64,000 nucleotides of DNA from Deltaproteobacteria bacterium (GTDB lineage Bacteria > Myxococcota_A > UBA9042 > DTJE01): contig JAKPTZ010000004.1 in assembly GCA_029555025.1 (NCBI GenBank), forward strand, positions 3,373 to 67,372, given 5' to 3'. The notes below the pieces were generated by a model. It was not told the DNA's origin. It did no database searches and was given only the letters and a program-made list of their open reading frames with translations. This document shows positions 18,285 to 28,224 of the stretch, one piece after another (position 1 is the first letter of the stretch; each line of letters starts with the position of its first letter). A program made the translations under genes and the position numbers.

Positions 18285-21044
18285 ATGAAGTCAGTAATCG
18301 TTTCAGGAGTCGCCTTTTCGCTGCTTTTCGCGGCATGCGGGGAAACAAAAATGAAGGATGAAAAATCCGGCGCCTCGGAAGTCACCGTTAATCCGGTGAA
18401 GAATCCGGCCATTGAAACGTTCGATCTGCCGAATGGCCTGAAGGTGTTCATGGTCGTTGACAAGTCGGCGCCGCTGGTCGCCGTCGATATCAACTACCAC
18501 GTCGGTTCCCGGAACGAACGTCCCGGCAAGACCGGGTTCGCGCACCTGTTTGAACACATGATGTTCCAGGGATCAAAACATTACGACGACGATTACTTCA
18601 AGCCCCTGCAGGACGTGGGCGGCCAGGTCAACGGCGCGACCAGCACCGACCGGACCCGTTACTGGGAAATCGTCCCGTCGGCATGGCTCGAGCGGGCGTT
18701 GTGGCTTGAGTCCGACCGCATGGCGTACCTGCTCGACGCGATGACCCAGGAACGGCTGGACAACCAGAAGTCAGTAGTTTCGAACGAGCGTCGCCAGAAC
18801 TATGACAACAGGCCGTACGGGACGGTGTGGGAAAAGATGGCGGCAGCCCTTTACCCGCCCCAGCACCCATATTCCTGGCTTACGATCGGTTCGCTCGCCG
18901 ATATCAACGCAGCGACCCGCGAGGACGTGGCCGAGTTCTTCAAGACCTGGTACACGCCGAACAACGCAACGCTCGCCATCGTCGGCGACATTGACATTCA
19001 GGCCACGAAGGAGCTTGTGACGAAGTATTTCGGCGCGATTCCACCCGGGCCGGCCGTTTCGGCGGTTGGTAAGTGGCCGGTTCGCCTTGAGTCCGACATC
19101 GTCCTGGATATCAAGGATCGCGTGCAGCTTCCGCGTACTTACATCACATGGCCGACGGTCGGGTTCTTTGATGCCGACGAGGCCGCCCTGGACGTGTTCG
19201 GGATGGTTTTTGGCGGTGGCCGGACGTCGCGGCTTTACCAGGATCTGGTCTATACGCGGCAGATCGCCCAGGACGCCATGGCGGGCCAGCGCAGCAGCCA
19301 GATCGCCGGCGTTTTCGACATCATGCTGACCCCGCGTCCGGGCGTGGATCCGCTTGAACTCGAAAAGGCGGCGCTTGAAATCCTGGACGAAATGCTGAAA
19401 AACGGCATCACCGAGGACGAGATGTCCCGCGCCAGGACTTCAATTGCTTCATCCTTCATACGCGACATGGAAAATATCGGCGGTTTTGGCGGCCTGGCCG
19501 ACCGGATCAACGCCTATCAGCACATGCTCGGCAGGCCGGACGGTTTTGCGGCCGACCTGCAGAGGTACCTTGACCTTGACAGGGGCGACGTAACCAGGGT
19601 TGCCGCCCGTTACCTGTCGGGCGCCAGGGTGATTGCCCGCGTGCTTCCCGCCGGGGAGAACGCGCCCACCGGCCCCGATGCCGCCGATCGCACGGCGCTT
19701 CCTGGAAAGGGAACCGATCGTGCTTTCGATCTGCCGGATCGCCAGGTTTTTGAGCTGGAGAACGGGCTTCAGGTCGTGCTGGTCCAGCAGTCCCGCGTGC
19801 CGCTTGTTGGATTCGATCTGATCGTTCCAGGCGGCAACGGTCTTGATCCGGCCGGCAGGGAAGGGCTGGCGTCGCTTACGGCGGCCATGCTCAGTGAAGG
19901 TTGCGCGGACATGGACTCCGAGACCTTCGCGAAGCGGATCGAGGCCCTGGGCGCGTCCCTTAACGCGGATGCGGACGTGGATTGCTGGTTCGTCGGCGGG
20001 TCCGCCGTCACGACGACTTTCCGGGATCTGCTCGATCTGGCCTTCAAGATGGTTTCCGCCCCGACAATGGATCCGGCGGAACTGGAACGCCAGAGGGCCG
20101 AGCGCCTGACCCGCCTGACCCAGCTTCTTGACATGCCGCAGTACACTGCCATGGTTGCGGCCCAGAGGGCCGTGTATGGCGACCATCCGTACGGGCGTCC
20201 GTCCGCGGGAACCCCGGAATCCGTCAAGGCAATTACGATACAGGATGTCCGCGCGACCTGGGCCGACTGGTTCCAGCCGAAGAATGCGGTTCTGATCGTC
20301 GTCGGTGACATCGACCGGGACACCCTGGCACGTTACCTGAACGAAACCGCGTCCGCGTGGAAGAACGACGGGGAAGTCCCCGATGCCCGCCTTGCGCCGT
20401 CGAAACCTGTTGCCGCAACGGTCAACGTGGTTGACATGCCTGGCGCCCATCAGTCGGTCATCATCGTCGGCGGTCCCGCGCCGGCACGCCGCGGCACTGA
20501 CGTCGCGACGCTGAATGTCCTGAATTCAACGATCGGCGGCAAGTTCGTGTCACGCTTGAACCTGAACCTGCGCGAGGACAAGGGTTACACCTATGGAGCC
20601 CGTTCCGCGTTCGAAATGCACGGTTGGGGCGGCATGTTCCAGGCTTCCGCGTCAGTCGCGACCGATGTTACCGGGGCCGCCACGGCCGAAATCCTTCGCG
20701 AACTGAACGAGATCGGCTCGACGCGGCCGGTCACCCCGGAGGAATTGAAGTATTCAGTCGACGCGATCGTGAACGGTTACAGCCAGCGGTTCAGTTCGAT
20801 CGAGAAGGTGGCTTCGGAGCTGCTTGAAACGTACCTGTACGGACTTGGCGCCGACGATATCGAACTCTATCCGTCCCAGGTCGCCACGGTCACGACCGAT
20901 CAGGTCACCGCAGCCGCCAGAACCCATCTGGCCCCGGAATACCTTTCCATCACCATCGCCGGCGACGCGGGCAAGGTCGTTCCCCAGCTTCGCCAGATCC
21001 TTGGCGACCGCCCCATCAACATCATCAAGCGCACCACTCCGTAA
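18285..21044 (+). CDS. M16 family (pitrilysin-like) zinc peptidase, lipoprotein
   Basis: Lipobox LFAAC; GFAHLFEHMMFQGS (HxxEH); NERRQ; second inactive half with SRLNLNLREDKGYTYG. Confidence 0.93.
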   Translation: MKSVIVSGVAFSLLFAACGETKMKDEKSGASEVTVNPVKNPAIETFDLPNGLKVFMVVDKSAPLVAVDINYHVGSRNERPGKTGFAHLFEHMMFQGSKHYDDDYFKPLQDVGGQVNGATSTDRTRYWEIVPSAWLERALWLESDRMAYLLDAMTQERLDNQKSVVSNERRQNYDNRPYGTVWEKMAAALYPPQHPYSWLTIGSLADINAATREDVAEFFKTWYTPNNATLAIVGDIDIQATKELVTKYFGAIPPGPAVSAVGKWPVRLESDIVLDIKDRVQLPRTYITWPTVGFFDADEAALDVFGMVFGGGRTSRLYQDLVYTRQIAQDAMAGQRSSQIAGVFDIMLTPRPGVDPLELEKAALEILDEMLKNGITEDEMSRARTSIASSFIRDMENIGGFGGLADRINAYQHMLGRPDGFAADLQRYLDLDRGDVTRVAARYLSGARVIARVLPAGENAPTGPDAADRTALPGKGTDRAFDLPDRQVFELENGLQVVLVQQSRVPLVGFDLIVPGGNGLDPAGREGLASLTAAMLSEGCADMDSETFAKRIEALGASLNADADVDCWFVGGSAVTTTFRDLLDLAFKMVSAPTMDPAELERQRAERLTRLTQLLDMPQYTAMVAAQRAVYGDHPYGRPSAGTPESVKAITIQDVRATWADWFQPKNAVLIVVGDIDRDTLARYLNETASAWKNDGEVPDARLAPSKPVAATVNVVDMPGAHQSVIIVGGPAPARRGTDVATLNVLNSTIGGKFVSRLNLNLREDKGYTYGARSAFEMHGWGGMFQASASVATDVTGAATAEILRELNEIGSTRPVTPEELKYSVDAIVNGYSQRFSSIEKVASELLETYLYGLGADDIELYPSQVATVTTDQVTAAARTHLAPEYLSITIAGDAGKVVPQLRQILGDRPINIIKRTTP

Positions 21045-21084
21045 CGGCCCGCCTGCGTGAAGATTCGTCCGTCTCGATCCTGCC

Positions 21085-21339
21085 CGATCCGTACGGGCGA
21101 ATGAAAATTCGCCCGTGGGGCCCTTCGCTTCGCTCAGGGATCGAGGAGCTGCCGTACGCCCCCCGTCTGACGCAGTCGTGCCTGTGGCCGGCCATGAAGT
21201 GTCCGGTTCGAGGGGCCTCACCGGAGCACTTATGGGCCGGCCCGATCCGCCCTACGATCCGTACGGGCGAATGAAAATTCGCCCGCCTGCTTTCCTTGTA
21301 CGGGCGGATTACATCCGCCCGCTGCGGTCGAGCAGAATG
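21085..21339. repeat. REP cluster with three GTAC-GGGCG(A/G)AT..AT(T/C)CGCCCG units and an unrelated repeat remnant
   Basis: Units at 21091-21115, 21261-21285 and 21298-21321; CCCTTCGCTTCGCTCAGGGA at 21121-21140. Confidence 0.8.
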
Positions 21340-21374
21340 ACTTCCATCGCGCCCGATGCTTCTGTAAGTGTGGA

Positions 21375-21395
21375 TTGACTTCCTGGTCAACAGGA
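21375..21395 (+). promoter_or_regulatory. Candidate -35 element overlapped by dyad operator upstream of the metal ATPase
   Basis: TTGACT followed by TCCTG-N5-CAGGA; also TTGAC-N6-GTCAA; no clean -10 identified. Confidence 0.3.
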
Positions 21396-21444
21396 CAAAT
21401 TCTATCCTCGTTCATTGGGCGGAACGGCCCCGGGATGTGCAGTG

Positions 21445-23667
21445 ATGAACGGAAAGAAAATTGATCTGCCAGTAATCGGGATGTCTTGCGCACACTGCGC
21501 GGCCACCGTTGAAAAGACCCTGGTCAGGGATGTGCCCGGCGTGTCCTCTGCTGTGGTGAATCTGGCAACTGAAAGTGTCGCCGTGACATTCGACGAACGT
21601 ACTACTTCACCGCAGGCGATGGCCGACGCCGTTGCCAGGGCGGGTTTCAAGCTGGTACTGCCCAGCCTGGACGACGTCGAAACGAACGCGCGCAGGCAAA
21701 ACGAGCGAAGGATCAGGCGGGAGCTTCTGGTCGGAATTGTTTTCGCATTACCCCTGCTCGTCCTTTCAATGGGTTCCGACTTCGGCCTTCTGGGCGGGCT
21801 GTCGCATGCCCCCTGGCTGGGATGGATTTACCTGACGCTTGCAACCCCGGTACAGTTCATCACTGGAGCATCCTTTTACATCGGAGCCTATCGGGCCGTC
21901 AGGAACCGCGCCCTGGATATGGACGTGCTGGTCGCCCTGGGCTCGACCGTCGCCTATGTCTATTCCCTGGTGCTTCTGGTGACACCCGGCCACGAACACC
22001 TGTACTTTGAAACGTCCGCCATGATTGTCGTGCTGATAAAGGTCGGCAAGATGCTCGAGGCCAGATCCCGAGCGGTCGCTGCACGGTCGATCAAGAGCCT
22101 TCTTGATTCAGCGCCTGATACCGCGTCGGTTATCGGCCCGGACGGCCAGGAGCGCCCCATCGCTGTCGCCGCACTTTCCGTTGGTGATCTTGTAATGGTT
22201 CGTCCCGGCGAAAAGGTTCCGGTTGACGGAACTGTCGTTTCCGGAGCCTCGGCCGTCGATGAAAGCATGGTGACCGGCGAGCCGATTCCCGTCGATAAGG
22301 TTCCCGGGGACATTGTATTTGGCGGAACAATGAATGCGGAAGGGCTCCTTACCGTCCGTGCGACCGGTGTCGGCGCGGATTCCCTGCTGGCCCGCATAGG
22401 CGCAATGGTCGCCAGGGCCCAGGCCAGCAAGGCCCCCATCCAGCGCTTCGCCGATCGGGTTGCCGCCGTTTTCGTCCCGGTAATCCTGGTAACGGCCGCC
22501 GTCACCTTCACTTTCTGGATGCTCTGGACCGACGGCGATATCCAGCTTGCAGTAATGCGTTCAATCGCCGTGCTGGTCATCGCGTGCCCCTGTGCGATGG
22601 GACTTGCCACGCCGATGGCCGTCATGGTCGGAATGGGGAGGGGCGCCCGCGGCGGAATCCTGTTCAGGGACGCAGCCACAATGGAGATGCTTCACAAGGT
22701 CACAGCAATCGCCTTCGACAAGACCGGCACCTTGACCCAGGGCCGTCCCGAGATCGCCGCATGGGTTTCGACCCCTGGATGGGAACAGACTGGGCTTGAA
22801 CTTGCCGCCGGCGCGGAATCCGGTTCCGGTCACCCGCTTGCACAGGCCGTGGTTCGGTATGCCCGCAGCCTGGATGTCTCCGTTCCGCCACCCTCCGACT
22901 TCCAGGCGACCCCTGGCATCGGTGTTCGCGCGACGGTTTCCGAACATGCCGTCCAGGTTGGCAACCCGCGTCGTCTTGACGGCATCGCTATCCCCGACTG
23001 GATGGCCGACAGGATGCACGGGCTTGAATCCATGGGCCATTCCGTCCTGGCCGTGTTGGTTGACGGCGAAACGGTCGGTCTTTTCTTCCTGGCCGATCAG
23101 CTTCGACCGACCGCCGTCGGCGCCGTCGCCGAGATGCGGGAAATGGGACTCAACCTTTCCATGCTGACCGGCGACAACGCATCCGCTGCCGCCCGGGTCG
23201 CCGCCGCTGCTGGAATCGCGGTTCACCAGTCCGGCATGATGCCCGCCGACAAAGAGGCCGCCATCGCCGAACTTCAGCAAGGCGGCCATCGGGTCGCCAT
23301 GGTCGGCGACGGCATCAACGACACGCCCGCACTGGCGCGGGCCGATATCGGAATCGCCCCCGGCGCCGGGGCCGCCGCCGCAATCGAAACCGCCGACGTG
23401 ACACTTGTGGGCAGCGACCTGACCCTGGTTGCCCGCGCCGTGAAGCTGTCCCGCGCAACCATCCGCAAGATCCGCCAGAACCTTTTCTGGGCTTTCTTCT
23501 TCAACGTACTGTGCGTCCCAATCGCCGCGGGCGTCTTCCACGGCGTCGAATGGATGCCCGCCATGCTGCGCGACCTTAACCCCATGCTCGCCGCCACCGC
23601 CATGGCCTTTTCCGACATCATCGTCATCGGCAACAGCCTCCGCCTGAACCACGTCCGGCTGCCTTGA
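21445..23667 (+). CDS. copA: Heavy-metal translocating P1B-type ATPase (CopA-like)
   Basis: N-terminal [39 protein letters not shown]. Confidence 0.88.
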   Translation: MNGKKIDLPVIGMSCAHCAATVEKTLVRDVPGVSSAVVNLATESVAVTFDERTTSPQAMADAVARAGFKLVLPSLDDVETNARRQNERRIRRELLVGIVFALPLLVLSMGSDFGLLGGLSHAPWLGWIYLTLATPVQFITGASFYIGAYRAVRNRALDMDVLVALGSTVAYVYSLVLLVTPGHEHLYFETSAMIVVLIKVGKMLEARSRAVAARSIKSLLDSAPDTASVIGPDGQERPIAVAALSVGDLVMVRPGEKVPVDGTVVSGASAVDESMVTGEPIPVDKVPGDIVFGGTMNAEGLLTVRATGVGADSLLARIGAMVARAQASKAPIQRFADRVAAVFVPVILVTAAVTFTFWMLWTDGDIQLAVMRSIAVLVIACPCAMGLATPMAVMVGMGRGARGGILFRDAATMEMLHKVTAIAFDKTGTLTQGRPEIAAWVSTPGWEQTGLELAAGAESGSGHPLAQAVVRYARSLDVSVPPPSDFQATPGIGVRATVSEHAVQVGNPRRLDGIAIPDWMADRMHGLESMGHSVLAVLVDGETVGLFFLADQLRPTAVGAVAEMREMGLNLSMLTGDNASAAARVAAAAGIAVHQSGMMPADKEAAIAELQQGGHRVAMVGDGINDTPALARADIGIAPGAGAAAAIETADVTLVGSDLTLVARAVKLSRATIRKIRQNLFWAFFFNVLCVPIAAGVFHGVEWMPAMLRDLNPMLAATAMAFSDIIVIGNSLRLNHVRLP

Positions 23668-23684
23668 TCTTCCCTTGGCCTTGT

Positions 23685-23914
23685 GCAGGCGGGCGAATTC
23701 TCATTCGCCCGTACGGATAGCGGGCAGGGAAGCGATGGGCGCGATGGACGGCATCCTGCTCGACCGCGGCGGGCGGATGTAATCCGCCCGTACAAGGAAG
23801 GGATGCAGGCAGGTAGAACTGGCAACTTGCAGTGCCGCGGCGGGCGGATGTAATCCGCCCGTACAAGAGCAACGGCGCACAACGCCCAGACAAAGCCGGA
23901 GGCGGGCGAATTTA
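23685..23914. repeat. REP cluster between convergent copA and peptidase genes
   Basis: Units at 23690-23714, 23770-23793 and 23841-23864, plus a half unit at about 23903; opposite orientation to the 21.1-21.3 kb units. Confidence 0.8.
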
Positions 23915-25669
23915 CTGGACTTCAGCGACGAAGGCGTCGGGGGTGAAGGGCTTGCCGAAGGCGGTCTTGACGAACTCGGGCCAGGGCTGTGTCATGCCGG
24001 GCTCGAAGATCTGGGCGATGATGAAGCGACCGAAGTCGGCCTTGCCGACGAAGTCGAGTTCGCTGGCGGGACCGGTGTGGGCGGCGATTTCGGACAGCTT
24101 GGCGCGCAGCATGGTCGCGAACAGTTCGCCCAGCAGATAGTTGTGGTAATAGACCGGCGCGATTGTGAAGTGCGGCTTGGCGGCCCAGTCGGCGGCCGTG
24201 CGCTCGGCCGGACGGACAAGACCCTGAAGTTCGACGACGCGGTCGTACCAGATCTTGTTAAGTTCCGGGTTGTCCGGGTTCGTGTACAGGTCCTTTTCAA
24301 AGAAGAACATGACCATCGCCCAGCGCGCGAAAATCAACTGTTCGCGCTTACGCTGCTTTGCCAGTTCCGGGGCGACCTTGTCAACCATGGCCGGGTCGGC
24401 CTTGGCGTATGCCTTCAGCCACGCCGGGTTCTTGGCCAGGGCGCCGAACAGCATCGCGATGCCCTCGGTGGTCAGGATGTGGGCCGCGTCGCGCAGGGCC
24501 CAGGGCAGCTTCGGGTTGTTGTACTTCGCGTATGCGGCGTGGCCGGCCTCGTGAAGCATCGTGTCCATCCACTCGGCGGTCGGCTTGACGTTCAGCAGCA
24601 TGCGGACGTCGCCCATGCGGTCGATGTCGGTGCAGAACGCGTGCTGGTCCTTGCCTTCGCGCTCGTAATAGTCGGAGTTGGCGATGATCTGGTCTATGGG
24701 CATGCCGATGTCGGTGTAAAACTTCTGGGCCAGCGTGACGATGTCTTCCTTTGCCATGTGCTTGTAGAAGATGTCCAGGTCAAGGTTCGGGGCGGGCGGC
24801 GCCTGCTGGAAGAACGGATTGTCGTAATGCCACGGCATCAGTTCCTCGGGCTTCATCCCGAACTTCGCGGCCAACTCGCGATCCAGTTCGCCTTTCATGT
24901 CGAAGAACGGCTTGTCGGTCTTTGCTTTCAGGTCTTCAAACAGCTTCACGACCATGTCCGGGTCGTGTTCCTGCATGCGCATGCGCATTTCCCAGTAATT
25001 GGCGTAACCCAGCAGTTTTGCCGCCTCGTTGCGCGTGCGGGCCAGGTCCAGCAGCATCGGTCCGACGACCGCGCCGACCTGCTTAAGGGCCTCCCAGGCC
25101 TGCTTGCGCTTCGCGGTGTCCGTTTCGGCGCCCAGGACGTCCAGAAGCTCGTTGTTCGAATATTTCTTTCCATCGATTTCGGCACGGTGGGTCTTGAAGG
25201 TCATTTCGATTTCCGACGACTTCTCGACCAGTTTCTTCAGCATGTCGGCCGGGAGCTGATTTTCCTTGTACGCAAGCTCGATGACCTCAAGGGCGCGGGC
25301 CGTTACCGGTTCCAGAAGGTTCCCGTGCTTGCGAAGCTGCTGCAACTTGGCGTACCGATCGGTATCCGACAGGTACTTGCGGACTTCCAGTTCCTTTGCC
25401 GCGTATTCGTCGAAGGAAGCCTTGTCGCCGGTGTTGGCGGCCTTCCAGTAGGCAAGGGCGGATTCCTTGTACAATCCGCCAACCACCGTGCCGTAGTCAT
25501 CAACGAAGTTGGACGCGACACGCTGGATTTCATCCTTGTTGACATCGGGTGCTGCCATCTTTTCGTGCTCCGGGGCCGCGGCGACCGGTGCCGGCGCGGG
25601 TGCTTCCTTTTTGCAGCCGACGGCGGCCGCGACAAACAGAACACACAATCCAAACATTACGTTCCGCAT
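23912..25669 (-). CDS. M2/M3-type zinc metallopeptidase (peptidyl-dipeptidase A / oligopeptidase-like), lipoprotein
   Basis: GGAGG RBS; lipobox AAVGC; GKDQHAFC, LHEAGH, TEGIA, KPHF..PVYYHNY. Confidence 0.85.
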   Translation of the reverse strand: MRNVMFGLCVLFVAAAVGCKKEAPAPAPVAAAPEHEKMAAPDVNKDEIQRVASNFVDDYGTVVGGLYKESALAYWKAANTGDKASFDEYAAKELEVRKYLSDTDRYAKLQQLRKHGNLLEPVTARALEVIELAYKENQLPADMLKKLVEKSSEIEMTFKTHRAEIDGKKYSNNELLDVLGAETDTAKRKQAWEALKQVGAVVGPMLLDLARTRNEAAKLLGYANYWEMRMRMQEHDPDMVVKLFEDLKAKTDKPFFDMKGELDRELAAKFGMKPEELMPWHYDNPFFQQAPPAPNLDLDIFYKHMAKEDIVTLAQKFYTDIGMPIDQIIANSDYYEREGKDQHAFCTDIDRMGDVRMLLNVKPTAEWMDTMLHEAGHAAYAKYNNPKLPWALRDAAHILTTEGIAMLFGALAKNPAWLKAYAKADPAMVDKVAPELAKQRKREQLIFARWAMVMFFFEKDLYTNPDNPELNKIWYDRVVELQGLVRPAERTAADWAAKPHFTIAPVYYHNYLLGELFATMLRAKLSEIAAHTGPASELDFVGKADFGRFIIAQIFEPGMTQPWPEFVKTAFGKPFTPDAFVAEVQ

Positions 25670-25768
25670 CCTTTCCTCCAGACAGGGCGTTGACGGATCA
25701 TCATCCGGCGAAGCGATATCGTCAACCGGCAATGTGTCACTGGGGACGGCCGCTGGACAAAGAAGTTC

Positions 25769-27292
25769 TCAGGCCTGAACGGTGCAGGCGGGCAGGGCGA
25801 CTGTAACCTCGAATCCACCGTCCTTGCGGTTGGTGGCACTTACCGTTCCGCCGCAGGCAATAACCGCGGTCTTGACGATCGCAAGGCCAAGGCCCACACC
25901 GCCCGCTTCCCTGACTCGTGACTGCTCGACACGGAAGAATGGCTCAAAAAGCTGTGGGATGTCCTTTTCGGGGACTCCCGGCCCGCAGTCGGCAACTGTC
26001 ACGTACACGAATTGGCCCTTCTCCGATGCGGAAATCGCGATCGGCCCGGCATGGCCTGCGTACCTGACCGCGTTGCGGACAAGATTCGCGAAAATCCTTG
26101 AAACAAGGTCGCGATCGGCCATTACATCAATTCGTTCCGGGACATCGAAGGAAATCGCGATCGACTCGTCGGGAACCTCGCGATCGATCACTCTGGCAAT
26201 GACATCGAAGAGATTGACGCAATCGATGGTCACCCGCCCACTCACCGAATCCGAGCGGGAAAACGACAGAAGCCCGTTAACCAGTTCCGTCATCTGTTCG
26301 ACGTCATCCTTCAATTGGGCAACGCGTTGTCGCCCCTTTTCATCGACCGACTCCTCCAGAAGTCCGATGGCAAGCTGCATTCTTGCAAGGGGGGATGCAA
26401 GCTCGTGCGCGGCATCCCCAAGGAACCGCTTCTGACCGTAAATCATCAATGCAAGCCTGTCGGCCATGTTGTTGATTGCCCGACCGAGGCGGCCCAACTC
26501 GTCCGTGCGCCGGGACCCGACCCTGCTGTCAAAGACGCCGCGTGCAATCTTTTCCGTGACTTCGGTCATCTGCCGGATTGGAACTGTCAGATGACGAACC
26601 ATCGGTATCCAGAGAAGCGTCGAAATGATCATTCCAAGAACCGCAAGTATTGCCCACGGGGTTGGATCGATGAAAAGGCCGTTGCCGGTGACCGAACTTG
26701 ATCGCCCCACCAGTACAAGCTCGCGCTGGCTTCCGGGTGAAACGCGAAGACCGGGCAGCCGCATCACGGCCCAGTAGAAATTGGGCTGGGATGTCTTCAT
26801 CTTGAAGCTTGGATGCCTCTGATCAGGCAGGCCATATCCCCCCGACGAACAGAAAGGGCAGTGACCATTGGAAATCCGGCAGAACAGATCGTGGCCGGGA
26901 TGATCGCCCGGCTGCGCTTCAGTCCTGGGGTGGTTTTCATCCGTGCGAAGGCCGAACTGCTCGACCATCCTTGCGCGAAGCGCAACGGGAAGGGAAACGC
27001 GGGGCCCCGCGACCCATTCGCCGCCCACATCGAAGATCGAGACGTCAACACCATAAATGCCTGAATACCTTTCAAGCTCTTCCGACCACCGGTCAACCTG
27101 GAAGTCCGAAAGATCCTTCATCAGGCTCAGCCCCAGGATTGGAATGCGGTTCGGACTTCTGGAGTACAGGACCGAGTCCGGGCCAACCCGGAAGTCCAGG
27201 TCGAACGCGTACCAGACAATGCCACCGCCGATCAGCAGATTGACGAAAAACCAGAAAAGAATTTTTGCGAAAAGACTGATCCGTCGGGCCAT
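25769..27292 (-). CDS. HAMP-domain sensor histidine kinase (CpxA-like)
   Basis: Two TM segments, HAMP (DELGRL), H-box AHELASPL, N-box NLVRNA, DCGPG, FEPFFR, GxGLGL. Confidence 0.93.
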   Translation of the reverse strand: MARRISLFAKILFWFFVNLLIGGGIVWYAFDLDFRVGPDSVLYSRSPNRIPILGLSLMKDLSDFQVDRWSEELERYSGIYGVDVSIFDVGGEWVAGPRVSLPVALRARMVEQFGLRTDENHPRTEAQPGDHPGHDLFCRISNGHCPFCSSGGYGLPDQRHPSFKMKTSQPNFYWAVMRLPGLRVSPGSQRELVLVGRSSSVTGNGLFIDPTPWAILAVLGMIISTLLWIPMVRHLTVPIRQMTEVTEKIARGVFDSRVGSRRTDELGRLGRAINNMADRLALMIYGQKRFLGDAAHELASPLARMQLAIGLLEESVDEKGRQRVAQLKDDVEQMTELVNGLLSFSRSDSVSGRVTIDCVNLFDVIARVIDREVPDESIAISFDVPERIDVMADRDLVSRIFANLVRNAVRYAGHAGPIAISASEKGQFVYVTVADCGPGVPEKDIPQLFEPFFRVEQSRVREAGGVGLGLAIVKTAVIACGGTVSATNRKDGGFEVTVALPACTVQA

Positions 27293-27295
27293 CCA

Positions 27296-28024
27296 TTACT
27301 CCTGCTCAGGATCAATGAACATATAGCCGATGGATCTTACAGTTTTAATGAACTTCGGACACCGTGGGTCGTCGTTCAATTTTCGTCGAAGTGAAGAAAC
27401 ATGCACGTCGATGGATCTGTCATAAACGTCGTAGTCGCGGCCCGAAACGCGATCCAGAAGCTGATCCCGGGAAAGAACGCGCCCGGGCGAGCGCGCGAGC
27501 TGGAAAAGAAGCTCGAATTCCACCGGGGTCAGATCAATCGGTTCATTGTTCAGTCGGGCCACCCTGGCAAGGTGATCGACGCGAACCGGGCCAACCTCGA
27601 CGATCTGATCGGACAGGGCTCGATTGACCGAACCGGTGCCCGCGCGGCGAATCACAGCGCGCAGCCGGGCAAGGAGTTCCCGGGTTGAAAAGGTTTTGGG
27701 CACGTAGTCGTCGGCGCCCATCTCGAGGCCGACGATGCGATCGGTCTCATCGCCGCGGGACGTGAGCATCAAAACCGGGGTATTGACCTCGCGGCGAAGC
27801 TGCTGAAGAACCTCGAACCCGTCCATTCCGGGCAGCATCACGTCAAGAATGATTGCCTTGAAGTCACCCTTCATCGCGGCATCGAGGCCGGCGGGCCCGC
27901 TGAAGGCCGCCGCCACGTCATACCCATGCGGGGCAAGATAGTCCCGGACAAGCGAACAAAGCTTCTGGTCGTCGTCGATAATCAGGATGCGCGCCGGTTT
28001 CTCCGAAAAACCTTCATTTCGCAT
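27296..28024 (-). CDS. OmpR/CpxR family response regulator
   Basis: IIDDD, LDVMLP, MLT, GADDYVPK, winged helix LTPVEF...RSIDVHVSSLRRKL...KTVR. Confidence 0.95.
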   Translation of the reverse strand: MRNEGFSEKPARILIIDDDQKLCSLVRDYLAPHGYDVAAAFSGPAGLDAAMKGDFKAIILDVMLPGMDGFEVLQQLRREVNTPVLMLTSRGDETDRIVGLEMGADDYVPKTFSTRELLARLRAVIRRAGTGSVNRALSDQIVEVGPVRVDHLARVARLNNEPIDLTPVEFELLFQLARSPGRVLSRDQLLDRVSGRDYDVYDRSIDVHVSSLRRKLNDDPRCPKFIKTVRSIGYMFIDPEQE

Positions 28025-28104
28025 GGACAACCCCTCTGCCGCAATGAGCGGACGCAACTGCGTTAGATTTTACAATACAGTGCGGCGTTAAATGGGCAAT
28101 TCCA

Positions 28105-28120
28105 ATTACACTAAATTTAC
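28105..28120. promoter_or_regulatory. Candidate CpxR-type tandem binding site in the divergent promoter region
   Basis: ATTAC-N6-TTTAC (GTAAA-N6-GTAAT on the minus strand), extra TTTAC at 28069; AT-rich region. Confidence 0.4.
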
Positions 28121-28224
28121 AAAAGGATTTGAAGATCAATCTGGACAAATTGAATCCGCTTTATATTATTAACGGTACCGTCGCGACGGTCGCAGGCGGT
28201 GCTCTGCTGTTGTCTGGAGGAGTG

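Noticed and set aside
21085-23914. REP clusters as a CRISPR array
   Set aside because: Irregular spacing, few units per locus, dispersed intergenic copies and no cas genes.
24077-25693. 538-aa plus-strand ORF
   Set aside because: Antisense shadow of the M2/M3 peptidase gene.
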